A stretch of 64,000 nt of DNA, taken from Alloascoidea hylecoeti. Its lineage: Eukaryota. A model generated the notes under the pieces. That model searched no databases. It saw only the letters and a program-made list of their open reading frames with translations, and was not told the origin of the DNA. The position numbers were made by a program, and so were the translations under genes. Of the stretch, positions 10,542-22,882 are shown one piece after another (position 1 is the first letter of the stretch; every line of letters begins with the position of its first letter). The stretch is taken from the NCBI GenBank assembly GCA_001600815.1, contig BCKZ01000008.1, positions 124,001 through 188,000 of the forward strand. Reading direction: 5' to 3'.

Positions 10542-12566
10542 TTACAAATTTATCATCCTTGATATCTATTGATATCTGTTTAATAGATTGAAACAGAGTG
10601 TATTTTTTAATATTAGCGCTTTCATCTAGAATTTATCAAAACACTGTTATAATATCCCAATGTTGAAAAAACCCTAGAAGAATAGATTTTTCTAATGCAA
10701 CTTTATATGAAAAAGTATAGACATGGATCTCAGCTTTCCAGATGTCTTTTAATGTATATAATTATTGATTGGTTACAATTTCCCTATTTATATTTGTTAT
10801 ACTGTTAATGTTCAATTTCAAATAAAACTAGATCCTTTAACTTTTATTTATGATTAGATTTTAAATTACTTTCTTTAGCTTTAAAACTGTCAAATATAAA
10901 CATATCTCTTAAATAGCACGCTTAAATTAGTAATTATTAATTATCATTACAGATCATTTGGTGTCGCAAATCGAATTTGAAAAGAATTATATTTTCTTTA
11001 GTGTAATATTAATAAGATTCTAACATGATGATAAATGCAAATTTAATGTTTATTACAATCATATACTTAGTAGTATACTATCCATCCACCGATTCATTGA
11101 CGAGGGGGAATATTTGGTGTTAGCCAAAACCCTTGTATAGACTTTTACATAGTATGTACAATCTTTAGAGTCTTAATTATGATTAATTTTCGACTCCCCT
11201 TTTTGGAACTAACTACTAACTACTAACAAAAGTAAATGATAACTTTGAAGCTTTATGCAAATAGATAAATGGCAAACAGAATCAATTTAGTTCTTTTTCC
11301 CATTTTATTCAATGCATTTCCATACATAGTAATTCTGCAAATATGCATAACCATATAAAGGTTTTGGTGAAACGAATTTATATTTAGAAGGGATCTTGTT
11401 GTTATAATTTATCTTTACAATATAATAATACAATAAACAATCATCACGACTAAGAAGTTCAAAATTATTATTTTGAAATATTATAAATATTACAAATAAA
11501 CCGTCATTGAGAATATGAAGCGTATTGAAAATAGTCAAAATTTGATGACCAAAATCATGCTGCTTTTGGTTCCAGATAAAAAAAAGGGATCAAATGGAGG
11601 AGATGCTACAGGAAATAGAAACTAACATTCAAATCGATGACACGTTAAGTGATATGGTGGGTAAAGTTGAAAGTCTAACAGCCGAGCAAGATGGTTATGA
11701 TGGACCTATCGAAGGATTCAAAGGAGAAGGAGATGGACAGAGTAAAAGATAAACACCCTTGACATAGGACTTGATAGGTGGTGAAGAATACACCGTTTGT
11801 TTTAATAATACTTCTTTGTTTATTTTTTTATTTTTTTATTTGTAATATTTGTAATATTTCAAAATAAAGTTCATTATATGGAAGTTACTCCCCCCCCGTC
11901 CATGAATATGTCGACCCGTTCCTTGTGTACACAGTTTCATTTTAGATTTGATTCACCATAGTAACAAAAACTCTCTATCTAGTGATGCTACTATTTATTT
12001 TAGAACAAAGATTATAGTTACTTCGGGCGGATTGTGTTGAATAAGAAATGATTCCAGCATTAATATTGTGCTTTTTGTTTAACACCGTAATTAACAGACC
12101 AGTCCATAAATTACTTTAAGACAATTTATGTTTAAATGACATTTAACTCAGGAAAGCAGAGATCTCCTAAATTCACCCATTTTGACATGGATTTCTCATC
12201 CTTGGGTCAATCTGCCTTAGATATTAACAAGTCTTTTTTTACAATGACAGTGGGGAAGCAGGGCAACCAAATGACTATAAAAATACCTTAGAAATAAATA
12301 GAGACAGATTTCCGGAAATTCTGGGGAAAATCATCATCAAGAAGTTTGTGCTTAAGCATTTTTCAAGAAATTAAGTGCAGTTTCATGTCACTTTTTGAAT
12401 TAATTTTCAAATTATATTCAATTTCTCTTTATGAGTTGTGTGGGTTTAGCATTCCGAATTTAAGATCCTTCTATTATTGTCGTTTGGTGTTCATTATCCT
12501 CTTCGGAACGGCCGAAAATTAGTTCTCAACTGGAACATTGTGCACATCATGATATACGGGCCGGAG

Positions 12567-12959
12567 CTTATCGAATGTAAGCTTAACTATGGAACACATA
12601 ATCAAAGGATATATAACAACTAAGAAATTGATCCAAATAAGGATGGTTCACTACAGCTGCCAGATAAGGTCTTCAACCTTAAAACCGCTATACCCTTATT
12701 ATACTTAAGGCCTCATACCTAAATACATATTATATTTATACTTACCGAATCTGTGAATACGCGAAGATAAGTATTAGTTCAACGGTATAAATCCCGTGGC
12801 CCTGAACATAGAAATTTTCTAATCATAATTTGTTTAAATCATCTGTAATTATTTACATTAATAATATTATGAACAGTATATCGGGAGCTACTCATCGGTA
12901 ACCTTGAGCTTATTAACAAATTTGCACATATACAATTACATTGTATGGCTATTCTTATC
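12567..12959. promoter_or_regulatory. Cluster of four GATAAG sites (possible nitrogen-catabolite-repression UAS)
   Basis: CTTATC at 12567, GATAAG at 12663, GATAAG at 12766, CTTATC at 12954, then TATATAAAA upstream of the permease ATG at 13062. Confidence 0.5.
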
Positions 12960-13061
12960 AAAATATATAAAAACTAGAGACATTCCTATTCCCTTGAGAA
13001 ATGGATCGTCCCTGAACAGCTACACAAAATAATAAAGTACAACTGGTACCATAGGAATAAA

Positions 13062-14654
13062 ATGTCCGAATCTATAGCTATAGAAGATGATGCTGCAAAT
13101 CTTGCGGATCTAGGCTATAAGCAAGAGTTGAAAAGATCTTTCTCATTATTATCAATGGTCGGATTTTGTTTTGCCATCTTAACTTGTTGGACAGCTATTG
13201 CAGCAACACTTTCCTCGTCTATGAGTAATGGGGGTCCAGTAGCATTGTTTTGGGGTTGGATAGGAGTTTGCTTTTTTTCAATATTTGTTGTTTTTTCAAT
13301 GGCTGATATATGCAGTTCTTATCCAGTGAGTGGGGGTCAATATTCCTGGGTTGCATTATTATCTAAAGACACAAATTGGGGAAGAGGGTTATCTTATATC
13401 ACTGGGTGGATTCAACTAGCTGGAATAGTGTGTTTTGGGTCCACGGCGTTATATTTGGTAGGCATATTTATTGAAGGTATTACTGTATTTAATAGTCATG
13501 AGGAATCATTCGTTTATAAAGACTGGCATGTTGTATTATATGCTTGGGCATTCTGTTTAGTGGATTTGAATATTAATCTTTTTGCAACAAAATTATTACC
13601 AATCATAAATCATGTTGCATTATGGTGTTCAATTGGTGGATTTCTTATAACTACAATTGTTGTATTGGCCGTTTCTTCCCCAAAACAGAATGCTCAGTTC
13701 GTCTTTACAGAATATACAAGTGCTGAAGGTTGGTCAGATAAAGGAATGGTTATTATACTGGGCATTCTACAAAGTGCTTATGTTATGTGTAGTTATGATT
13801 CTCCAGCGCATATGAGTGAAGAGCTACAATATGCCAGTAGAGATGCACCTCGGGCAATGGTTTTGTGTGTGATGATTGGTGCAGTCACAGGAATTGTATT
13901 CATTATTGCATTGATGTTTTCAGTCCAGGATTTAGATGCTGTATCCACTACTGTTACAGGTGTTCCAGTTCTTGAGATTTACCATCAAGCCACAAATAAT
14001 AAAGCAGCTACAATATGTTTGGCATTTCTGGTTGTTTTAAGTAGTGCATTTGCTTCGAATTCATTAATTTCTGAAGGATCCAGATCAATTTATGCCTTCG
14101 CAAGGGATGGAGCATTTCCAGAATTTCTGAACAAATATTTGTGTAGGGTCAGCACCACTTTACACGTTCCGGTATATGGTTTAATAATGACGGCATTCTT
14201 CCAGTGTGTTTTTATTGCTATTTTATTTGGTTCAAGTACTGCATTCTTCACAGTTATGTCAATTGCAACTATTGGGCTATATATCTCATATCTTATACCG
14301 ATTGCTGTGGTAATGTTTAGACGGCCATATCAAAAGAAAGGATATTACTCCTTGAGTAAGATGATTGGTACAAAAGCCTGTTTTGTTTGTAATTTACTAG
14401 CAGTTATCTACTTAACATTTTGTTGTGTTATGTTTTTCTTTCCAACTATTATCCCTGTCACAGGAAATAATATGAATTATGCTTGTGTTGCTATTGGGAT
14501 AACTTGTATATTTGCAATTACATCATGGGTTTTAGGAGGATCAAAAACATATATGAGGGTTTCAGGAAAAACCATTATTAGCATTGAGTCTGAAGTTGAG
14601 GATGGTCAATTTCAATATTCAAGTGATGAAGGAAAACTAGAAAAAGATTCTTGA
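13062..14654 (+). CDS. APC-superfamily amino acid/choline/GABA permease (Hnm1/Uga4 type)
   Basis: LGYKQELKRSFS, GGPVAL.WGW, YPVSGGQYSW, YDSPAHMSEE, SRSIYAFARDG motifs; about 12 TM segments. Confidence 0.92.
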   Translation: MSESIAIEDDAANLADLGYKQELKRSFSLLSMVGFCFAILTCWTAIAATLSSSMSNGGPVALFWGWIGVCFFSIFVVFSMADICSSYPVSGGQYSWVALLSKDTNWGRGLSYITGWIQLAGIVCFGSTALYLVGIFIEGITVFNSHEESFVYKDWHVVLYAWAFCLVDLNINLFATKLLPIINHVALWCSIGGFLITTIVVLAVSSPKQNAQFVFTEYTSAEGWSDKGMVIILGILQSAYVMCSYDSPAHMSEELQYASRDAPRAMVLCVMIGAVTGIVFIIALMFSVQDLDAVSTTVTGVPVLEIYHQATNNKAATICLAFLVVLSSAFASNSLISEGSRSIYAFARDGAFPEFLNKYLCRVSTTLHVPVYGLIMTAFFQCVFIAILFGSSTAFFTVMSIATIGLYISYLIPIAVVMFRRPYQKKGYYSLSKMIGTKACFVCNLLAVIYLTFCCVMFFFPTIIPVTGNNMNYACVAIGITCIFAITSWVLGGSKTYMRVSGKTIISIESEVEDGQFQYSSDEGKLEKDS

Positions 14655-15267
14655 TTTATAGTTATAGAATCTATGTATACTTATAACTTATAACTTATAC
14701 CCTGCGGAGTTCTTACATGCTAGTCTCTTTTTTAATTATAATCTTAATATATCTGGTTCATATCATTCCTTTTCAAATCATTCAAATGAGTTCATTTCTT
14801 GTCACTTGGTGTAGTCTTCCAAGTCAAAAATAAGTAAAATACGATCTTTAAGCCCAGTAGTAGTGGTCTCAAGGACAATAAATATTTTTATCATCAAGAA
14901 ATGATAAATTATATTAAAACGTTAACGGCTACAAGCAACTTTACTGTGTTAAAGATCGATATTAAAAGGTTAATTGCAGTCTTTCCACTTAATATAGGCC
15001 ACCAGTTACGCAGTAATACGCGCTCCTGTTGGCTTGCAATTGAATTATATAAGTTACAGAAGCGAACATTCAATTAAAAATACCTTTCAAAATATAAATT
15101 TTAAGATTTGGGTGAGATCAACATATATCCCTATATAAAATATAAAGCTATTAAAATATTACTTCCAATTAATTATAAGATGATGATATAATAATAAATA
15201 ATACAAAGATTATTGCAAGTGATTTATGAATATTTCAAATCAGCAATATCAAAATTTTGCGTAATGA

Positions 15268-18135
15268 TTATTTTAATGGAATATCATCACCAAAAGCAGT
15301 TTTATCATCATCATGAATGAGATAAGTTGGTTGTTCATCATTATCATCGTCATTTATTTGTTCCACATCATTATCATTAAAATCATTAGTATTGATGTTA
15401 CGATAACCAAAAATCCCAATCTTATCAAAACAAGTGTATAAACTATTACCATAATTTTCCTCAACATAAAATAAAATATATTGAATTTTTAAATTTAATG
15501 ATTTAAAAGATTCATTAATTTTAAAAATTTGTTTATTATTTTCAATATCATTTCCATTACCAATATCATTACTAAATTGAATTAAATCAATCATTATAAA
15601 ATTTTTTGGAATTGAATTTGGATGATTATAATTTTTAAATTTATTTTTAAAATTAAAATTATCATTATTATTAATTTTTTTAGGATCAATTAAAACCCAA
15701 ATTGATATTTTTTTAGGTATTGATTTAATTAAATTTATAATTGCTTCATCTTTTTTATCATCATTTAATAGATATAAATAATTATGTCTAATTAAAATAT
15801 CAGTTAAATGAATTTCATCTTTTAATCTAATTGTAATTTGAGCATTTGGTTTATCAGCACACCAATAATTTTCATCATTATCAGAAATAACATTAATTGG
15901 TCCTGGTAAATTATTATCAATAATTAAACCAAATTTCGTTAATAAACTTCTAAACAATTTAAATGGTAATGATGAATGTGTATAATATGATAAAGTTCTT
16001 GATGTTAAATATAAATCAATTCTCGATCCTGATGATTTATATGATGCAAAATTAATTCTTTTATTAAATGAATTTAAATGCTTTATTAATGATTTTTCAA
16101 TTAATTTATTAATTATTAATTCAGTACCAGAATTTATAAAATGATTCTCATTATCATGATGATTACTATTTTCATTAATTAATTGTAATGAATTTTTTAG
16201 TTTTTCATCAGTTTCATTATCAATTTTATTATATAAAGTTAATAAATCTTCTGAAATTTCATTTTTTAATTCATTAATATCATTTTTTAAAATATTTAAA
16301 AATTGATTTTTATTTATAATTGTTGTTGTCTTATCACTTGATACAATTGATTTAAAATAATTTTGAATTTTTTCTTCATTATTAATTAAAAAATCATCCC
16401 AAGTATAATCATTATTATTATTTGTTATAGTTAATGAAGATTTTAAATTTTTTAATTTTAAATCATATGAATTTTCAAAATCATTAAATTTATCATTTAT
16501 TAATTCATCATTTTTAAATTTTAAATCATTTAAATATTTTAAAAAATCATTTGAAATTTCTAATTTTCCATTTTTTGAATTTATTGTGATTGCAACATAA
16601 TTTGGTAATAGATCCCAAATTTTATTTAAAATTTTTTCTTCAATTTTTAAAAATTCATTATTAATTTTAAGATTTAATTTTGATTCATTATTAATTTCAA
16701 ATTTTCTTAAATAATTTTCAAAATTTAAAATCTCTTTTGAAATATCATTAAATTTTTTAAAATTTATATCATCATTTTTATTAATTTTTTCACCTAAATT
16801 TTTTAATTTTAAATTAATATTATTCATTTTATTATTAAAATTTTCATCAATAATTATATTTGATTCATTTAAATTATTAATTTTATTTAAAATTGTTTTT
16901 ATTGAATTATTGAAATCATTTATAAATTTTTCATGTTTTAAATTTAAATCATTTAAATTATTTATTGATTTTGAATTTAAGTTTTGAAATTGATTGATTT
17001 TAATTGTGTTATCGGTTAATTTTAGAACTTGATTTTCTAAATCAAATAATCTTGTTTTTAATTCATTAAAATCTTTTGGATTTGATTGAATTGGATTAAA
17101 TTTTAAATCTGATGATGAGGAGGAGGGGGATTGTATGTGTGATTTAAAAAATGATATAATTGATAATAATGATGAATAAATAAAAGGAACAATTAAAAAA
17201 AATGATAAAAATGTAAATATTATTAATAATGTTATTGAAATTTTTTTAAAATTTAAATTTCTTAAAAATGATTTAATTAATAAGAAAATAAATATAATTG
17301 GTGTTATAATTATATTTAAAACATTTTTAATCGATGATATAATTGAAAAAGAGGAGTTCATTTGTTCAAATTCATTTTCAAGTTCATTCTCATTTTCTTG
17401 TACTTGTAATTCATATTCAGAATCAGTGTCAATTGCAATAGAATTAATTCGACGTTTCTGTATATCTGCCTCTTCACTTTCATTTTCAGATTCATCAGAA
17501 CTAGAATCATTGTCATCACTACTTTCACCATCTTCTACTTGAGAACCCTTCTCAACATAATCACTATCAGTTTCCTCATCTTCTTCATCTTGCATTTGTA
17601 ATCTAGCTATTCTACCCCTTGCAGATCTTCTAGTTCTTGTACTTGGAGGTGTATCGTCATTAGAATTAGAAACAGATTTTAATAAAGAATTTCTTCGTAA
17701 ATGTTGATGATTATTTATAGGAGAAAAAGAAGGAGAAGATCTGAAAGAGGAAGATTTTCTTTTTAATTTTTCATATTCTTTATCAAGAGCATTATAATTT
17801 AATTGAATATCTGATGATGGAGGTATTAAATTTTGATTACGCGTTGTATTTGTAGAAAGAATACTAGGAGTCGCTATTTCACTTCTTGAACTATCAGCTA
17901 ATAATTGACGTCGTTTTGCACTTGTATCCCAAACATCTTTCATGGAATTGGCCATCGATTTATTTTTATAATTTCTCGCGTTTTCATTCTGAAGTTGTTG
18001 ATGTTGTAAAGGCACTGCCGGAGCGTATGAAGATACTCCAACAGTGTTAGAGACATACTGGTAGGGGGGACGGGGTAGCCTTGAGTTTGCAGAGGAACGA
18101 AGTCTTCGCGTCTGTGAAGGAGTATCTGTAAACAT
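15268..18135 (-). CDS. SUN-domain nuclear envelope/spindle pole body protein (Mps3/Sad1-like)
   Basis: Acidic N-terminal region, TM segment(s), long coiled coil, C-terminal SUN domain (INFAS...GSRID, YWC, ENYGNSLYTCFDKIGIFG). Confidence 0.85.
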   Translation of the reverse strand: MFTDTPSQTRRLRSSANSRLPRPPYQYVSNTVGVSSYAPAVPLQHQQLQNENARNYKNKSMANSMKDVWDTSAKRRQLLADSSRSEIATPSILSTNTTRNQNLIPPSSDIQLNYNALDKEYEKLKRKSSSFRSSPSFSPINNHQHLRRNSLLKSVSNSNDDTPPSTRTRRSARGRIARLQMQDEEDEETDSDYVEKGSQVEDGESSDDNDSSSDESENESEEADIQKRRINSIAIDTDSEYELQVQENENELENEFEQMNSSFSIISSIKNVLNIIITPIIFIFLLIKSFLRNLNFKKISITLLIIFTFLSFFLIVPFIYSSLLSIISFFKSHIQSPSSSSSDLKFNPIQSNPKDFNELKTRLFDLENQVLKLTDNTIKINQFQNLNSKSINNLNDLNLKHEKFINDFNNSIKTILNKINNLNESNIIIDENFNNKMNNINLKLKNLGEKINKNDDINFKKFNDISKEILNFENYLRKFEINNESKLNLKINNEFLKIEEKILNKIWDLLPNYVAITINSKNGKLEISNDFLKYLNDLKFKNDELINDKFNDFENSYDLKLKNLKSSLTITNNNNDYTWDDFLINNEEKIQNYFKSIVSSDKTTTIINKNQFLNILKNDINELKNEISEDLLTLYNKIDNETDEKLKNSLQLINENSNHHDNENHFINSGTELIINKLIEKSLIKHLNSFNKRINFASYKSSGSRIDLYLTSRTLSYYTHSSLPFKLFRSLLTKFGLIIDNNLPGPINVISDNDENYWCADKPNAQITIRLKDEIHLTDILIRHNYLYLLNDDKKDEAIINLIKSIPKKISIWVLIDPKKINNNDNFNFKNKFKNYNHPNSIPKNFIMIDLIQFSNDIGNGNDIENNKQIFKINESFKSLNLKIQYILFYVEENYGNSLYTCFDKIGIFGYRNINTNDFNDNDVEQINDDDNDEQPTYLIHDDDKTAFGDDIPLK

Positions 18136-18200
18136 TTAATTTATTTCTGAGTGAAACAAACAAATTTCATTAAATCTGAAATAAATGTGGATTAAGTTGC

Positions 18201-18223
18201 GTCACGTGTTATATAATCACGTG
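18201..18223. promoter_or_regulatory. Tandem TCACGTG E-boxes upstream of the SUN gene
   Basis: GTCACGTG (18201-18208) and ATCACGTG (18216-18223), 65-90 bp upstream of the ATG at 18135. Confidence 0.55.
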
Positions 18224-18513
18224 TTACTGCTTCTATATTTTTACAGTTTGACGTTGATCTATAAAACAGTTGGTAATTGGCTTGAAGCAAACCACTGAAC
18301 TTTTCGTGGAGTGTTCCCGAGGGGGTTTCAATCTCAGAGTAACACCATTATTTCCAATATTTCCATTTATAAGGAAAACGAGGTATTAAAAAGAAAACAC
18401 AAACTCTAGATATCACAATAATATTTTCACCTGAAGAATTATATTTAACAATTTTCTCATAATCATCAGGATTTTCAAAGATATCCCTTTATATAAACTT
18501 AGGAAGTATTTTC

Positions 18514-19096
18514 AATATTAACGATGATTTTCTAACGAACATTTAAGATTACTTTATATATTTAGAAGCATGGATATACGTTGAAATTTAAGAATTGGTT
18601 AACAAATTTATAATAGAATCAATTGAGTTTTCTATCTTTAATGAACGTTATCTTTTAATTAGTCTTAAATGATAATTCATTTGAATCTGAAATATATACA
18701 AATAAAAATCAAGCAAAGCATCCTGCCTGGGAATAAAAGGATCAATGAGTGGATAAACTCATCCATTAAAAAAAACAGGCAGTACGTGATATAAATCTTA
18801 TCAATGAATTACCAAATATGGAAGATCATTCGTCAAGGTGTAACAGTATGACAGAGGATACAATAAAAGAATAGTTGAAGAAATGAAATCAATTTCAAGG
18901 CAAAAAAAGTCATTAGAACTATCAGAAGAGTTGTTATAATAGAGCGCTTGGAGAAGGAATAGTCGGACTCCCCACTTGATACTTTGTCAAAACACATAAG
19001 TCTAAGTTTTTTTTTTAATTTTGTTCTTAATTTTAGGATTTTGTCTGTCTTGAATTTTGATTTTTCTTTGGGTACAACTGGTTCAATCTTAAGTTT
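18514..19096 (+). repeat. Diverged ~580-bp direct repeat, copy 1
   Basis: Aligns by eye along its length with 20986-21576, e.g. the shared block attgagttttctatctttaatgaa. Confidence 0.85.
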
Positions 19097-19592
19097 AAAT
19101 ATTTGAAACCCACTACAAAAAATATGGCAATATTATATAACTACATACCGAGTAGTAGTGCGAGTACCCTAAGACCTTGAACGATTCTTGAAATAGTGCA
19201 TGATATTCTATAATGTTTATAGATTATATTAATCCAGTTATATAAAAAAAAATGGAATTTCAAGTTTAAGATTTAGTGTTGGCACCCTTAACCCTTTAAG
19301 AGGCTGTAGTGAATTAAATTATAAATAATATCCTGATGAGGTCCCAATATTGTGAAGTAGACACAAAAAGTAGAGCTTTATTTCACTTCTACACCATGTG
19401 GAAGGCTCATAACTGTAATTCCGGCCTGGTGATACAGTTTTTTGAGGAGAACAAATGTGCATGCGGTTAAATGGATAGGTGAATCCATTCTAACTTCTCC
19501 ATCTCCTTGTCATGAAATAAATTCATCTCGATTTCACGGATAGGTGTGATATCCTGTTCGAATGCGAGACCTTCAAGGATCTCATCAGTATA

Positions 19593-19850
19593 GTCACTAA
19601 ATACAACTCCATTCCAAATGTCATGAGACCACTCCAACTAATATTTAAACTATTTTTTCTGTCAATTAGGTTCTTTTAATTTGGATAAGATCTTTTATAT
19701 TCCGAACATGTTCCATATTCTTGTTTTCACGGGTGGATGTTGATATTCTAATGTTAAACTTTGAAGCCAACTCTTCAAACGTATTCAAGAAGGAAGCTTT
19801 CACATCCCCCGAATCTAATTTAATGTCTTCTTATTTGAGTAGGTGTTACA
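19593..19850 (-). mobile_element. Tc1-type transposase fragment (HTH to first catalytic Asp)
   Basis: NTFEELASKFNIRISTST (HTH-like) and LEWSHDIWNGVVFSD, homologous to LEWLWDI*DGLVFSE at ~7640-7685. Confidence 0.7.
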
Positions 19851-20396
19851 CCAGGAAAGTTGTCGGCGTATTTATTTATAGTGACCCGAACCGCTATTTC
19901 AGAAAATGCGCCATGTTAACATTTACTCACATTACAGATTTCAATCCACTTCGTTGGTTGTAATTGTGATTTCTTTTTAGAATTACAATTCAAATCCCTT
20001 AGCGGAATTCTTGAAATTATTCTGTGTATATGTAAAAAAGATACGAGTTTTGGAAGGGTGTCAGAAAAGGGATTAATCTGGGGAAACCTCTAGATCTCTT
20101 TCAGCTGAGATCATGGATTATGAGAAGACTCGTTGTTATTCTTTGAGAATCTTGGGTAACTTCTGTAAACTGTTTTTATTCCAACTGTATACCATCCTAT
20201 TGCTTTCTATGCTTATTATTCCTGTATTCTTTTACTAGCTACTTCCTGTGATATTCTTCTAATTCGAGTTGCCCCAGCCGAAATGGGCGTGGCCCCAGAA
20301 CAACCTTATTATAGATATTACATTTGAATTTCATATTCTCCTTTTTAATATTTACATTTTACATTTTACATTTTATTTTATATTTCTTTAATAAAA

Positions 20397-20681
20397 ATGA
20401 AGTATTCAATTCTTTCAATTCTTTCAATTCTCTCAATCACTTCTGCCACTGAATACAACAACAGTTATACAACTCCAGCACTAAACCCAACAGCAGATTT
20501 CTTTGTATATGCTGCTTATAACGATAGTGAAAATACAATTCCCGAGGTTTCCTTTTCAGCCGATCCAACCAATTCAATTGATACAAGTTATGTGTTAACC
20601 GGTGGAGTGAATGTTAATAATAATGGTATTTTGAATAGTTTATTGATTTCTGGTCTTGTTTTCATTTATGGTATTTTTTAA
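20397..20681 (+). CDS. 94-aa secreted, probably GPI-anchored protein
   Basis: Signal peptide MKYSILSILSILSITSA; N-glycosylation sequons (NNS, NDS); hydrophobic C-terminus GILNSLLISGLVFIYGIF; good ATG context (aaaaATG). Confidence 0.7.
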   Translation: MKYSILSILSILSITSATEYNNSYTTPALNPTADFFVYAAYNDSENTIPEVSFSADPTNSIDTSYVLTGGVNVNNNGILNSLLISGLVFIYGIF

Positions 20682-20985
20682 CAAAACTATAATTATCTAT
20701 TTTATCTTATTATTTTTAGGGATGTGGTGATTATGTAATCTAGCTAATAACAAGTGTAAAAATTTATTTTCGGTTAAAGCCGGGTAATTAATATTCCCTT
20801 TAAATTTATTAGTAGCCGATCGGAAATTGACATGTTCTCTCATTACTATGTATTTTTCTGCACCAGGAAAGGTTTTGTTTTATTTTAGGTAAGTACCACA
20901 CCATTAAATGACGTTTCGACCATTTTTGGTGTTTTTTTTGCAAGCTTTTGATAACTATCAATTACAATAGTGATCTTGAGTCGTT

Positions 20986-21576
20986 AATATTAATGGTGAT
21001 GATTTTCTTATGAACATCTAATATATATATATATAAATGGATTTACGTTGAATTTTAAGAATAAGTTAACAAATTTACAATATAATAAATTGAGTTTTCT
21101 ATCTTTAATGAAACGATATTTTTTAATTTGTTTGAAATGAATAATTCATTTGAAAAATATACCTGTAACATGAAAAGGTAAGGAAAGCAAAAGCATCCCG
21201 CCTGGAAATTAAAGGGTCAGATGGTGGATAAAGTCATTCATGAAAAAAAAAACAGAGAGTATGTGATATGAACCTTATCAATGATTTACCTACAAATATG
21301 GATAACTGGTGTGTCGGTTTGACAGAGTATCCAGTAAAAGAAATAATGGAAGAAATATAATCAATTTCACTAAAATATGTCCTTCAGTGTAGCTATGAGA
21401 AGAGTTGTTATAATAGATGACCTGAGGATGTAATTACCTGGTTCTCTACTTGATACTCTAGAAAAATGGCTAGGTTCATATTTTGTTTAATTTTCAATTC
21501 ACATTTTAGAAATTTGAAAATATGTCTTAATTTTTTATTTTTCATTGGCTACAGTCGGTTCAAGATTAACTTTTAA
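20986..21576 (+). repeat. Diverged ~590-bp direct repeat, copy 2
   Basis: Collinear similarity to 18514-19096. Confidence 0.85.
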
Positions 21577-21979
21577 GTAAAAATACAGTACTTAGCGTTA
21601 TAATTATATTCGCACGCACTTGAGAAACTATTCGCCCACAGTTAATTAAATTAATTAGACCACATAATGTAATAATATTTGGCCAGTCTTCTCACTCAAG
21701 TTCCACCATTAAATATTCTTCATATCCAACAACATATGGTAAAAACCGGTCTTGAAAGATCTTAAGATATCTGAAGTCCCATTGACAATGTTAAGAACTT
21801 TAATTCTAAAACAGGGTCAATAGTGGTTGTAGTATCAGAAACAACAAGTATTGTAGAATAAAAGGTTTTCATATTCTACTTCTGAATCAGTGCTAATTGT
21901 GTTTGTAGGATTAGAAACAGCAAAGTATGGAGTTGTAGATTTTCCGATCCTGCTCTTCTGTTCTTTAGATTTGTAATCA

Positions 21980-22882
21980 AACTTATCCAGTAGTTCGAAG
22001 AACAAATTAATTGTTCTTAATCTTCACTGCTGTAATCTGAATTAAAATCAGCTTTAACCAATTATCTTATCTCTTTACCTACAATCGTTTTATGGGCAAA
22101 TTATATTTGTTTGACAAACTCATTACCAGTTACTTTATCAGCTGTTTGGTATAGAAACTGATTTTGTTCTGAATTTTCCTCAAATTTCCATTATTACTTT
22201 TAGCATATCATTATTTGAACGACCAGAGAATAATATTTCACCGGTACCATAGAGAGTTCAAATAAAGTATACCCTATATACCAAACATCAATAGCATAAT
22301 TAAAATTACGAGTAGCGCCTAGCTATAGTATCAATTCTGGAGCAGGATAAAATCTAGAAACGATGTACGGGGTGACAATAAATTCTTAAAAACTGGTAGC
22401 AGATCCTAAATCAGAAACGTTTAATCTTGTCTTCGTTTTATTTATTAATATATTATCAGGTTTTAAATCGACATGTATTATTACCATATTGATGAAATAA
22501 ATATAATGTTTTAAATATTTAGATACTGTGTTTAACAACTTTAATATTAATTCTAATTTCTTTACCAATAAATTTAAACATCACGTAAATTTAAATATGA
22601 ATTTTTACAAAACTAAACGATTTTTATGATCAATTAATCTGATAACATTCTTCTCATCTTTTGATTCTGAATTATTCAATTTTTGTAAGATTGAAATTTC
22701 TTTTAAACCTTCTTTTGACATAATTATTTCTGATTACTTTAATTGAAACTAATTTTTTCCCATTCTTTTATTGTATCAATTACCCTGATTACTGATTCAA
22801 ACATACCTTTACCTAAAATGGACTGGGCCTGATATGTATTATCTGACAACTCGTCAATAATGATAACCATCCGCATCATCCC
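21980..22882 (-). pseudogene. PRP4K: PRP4 kinase (PRPF4B / S. pombe Prp4) pseudogene
   Basis: Ordered fragments DDADGY, YQAQSILGKGMFESVIRV, IIHVDLKPDNILIN..RLNVSDLGSA, VTPYIVSRFYPAPELIL, YAIDVW.IGYTLFEL, LFFELLDK, interrupted by many stops and frameshifts. Confidence 0.85.

Noticed and set aside
11545..11755. Coding-like acidic frame broken at an A-run
   Set aside because: No recognisable homology; could be a relic or a homopolymer error
22386..22568. 60-aa kinase-like ORF as a stand-alone gene
   Set aside because: It is one segment of the PRP4 kinase pseudogene
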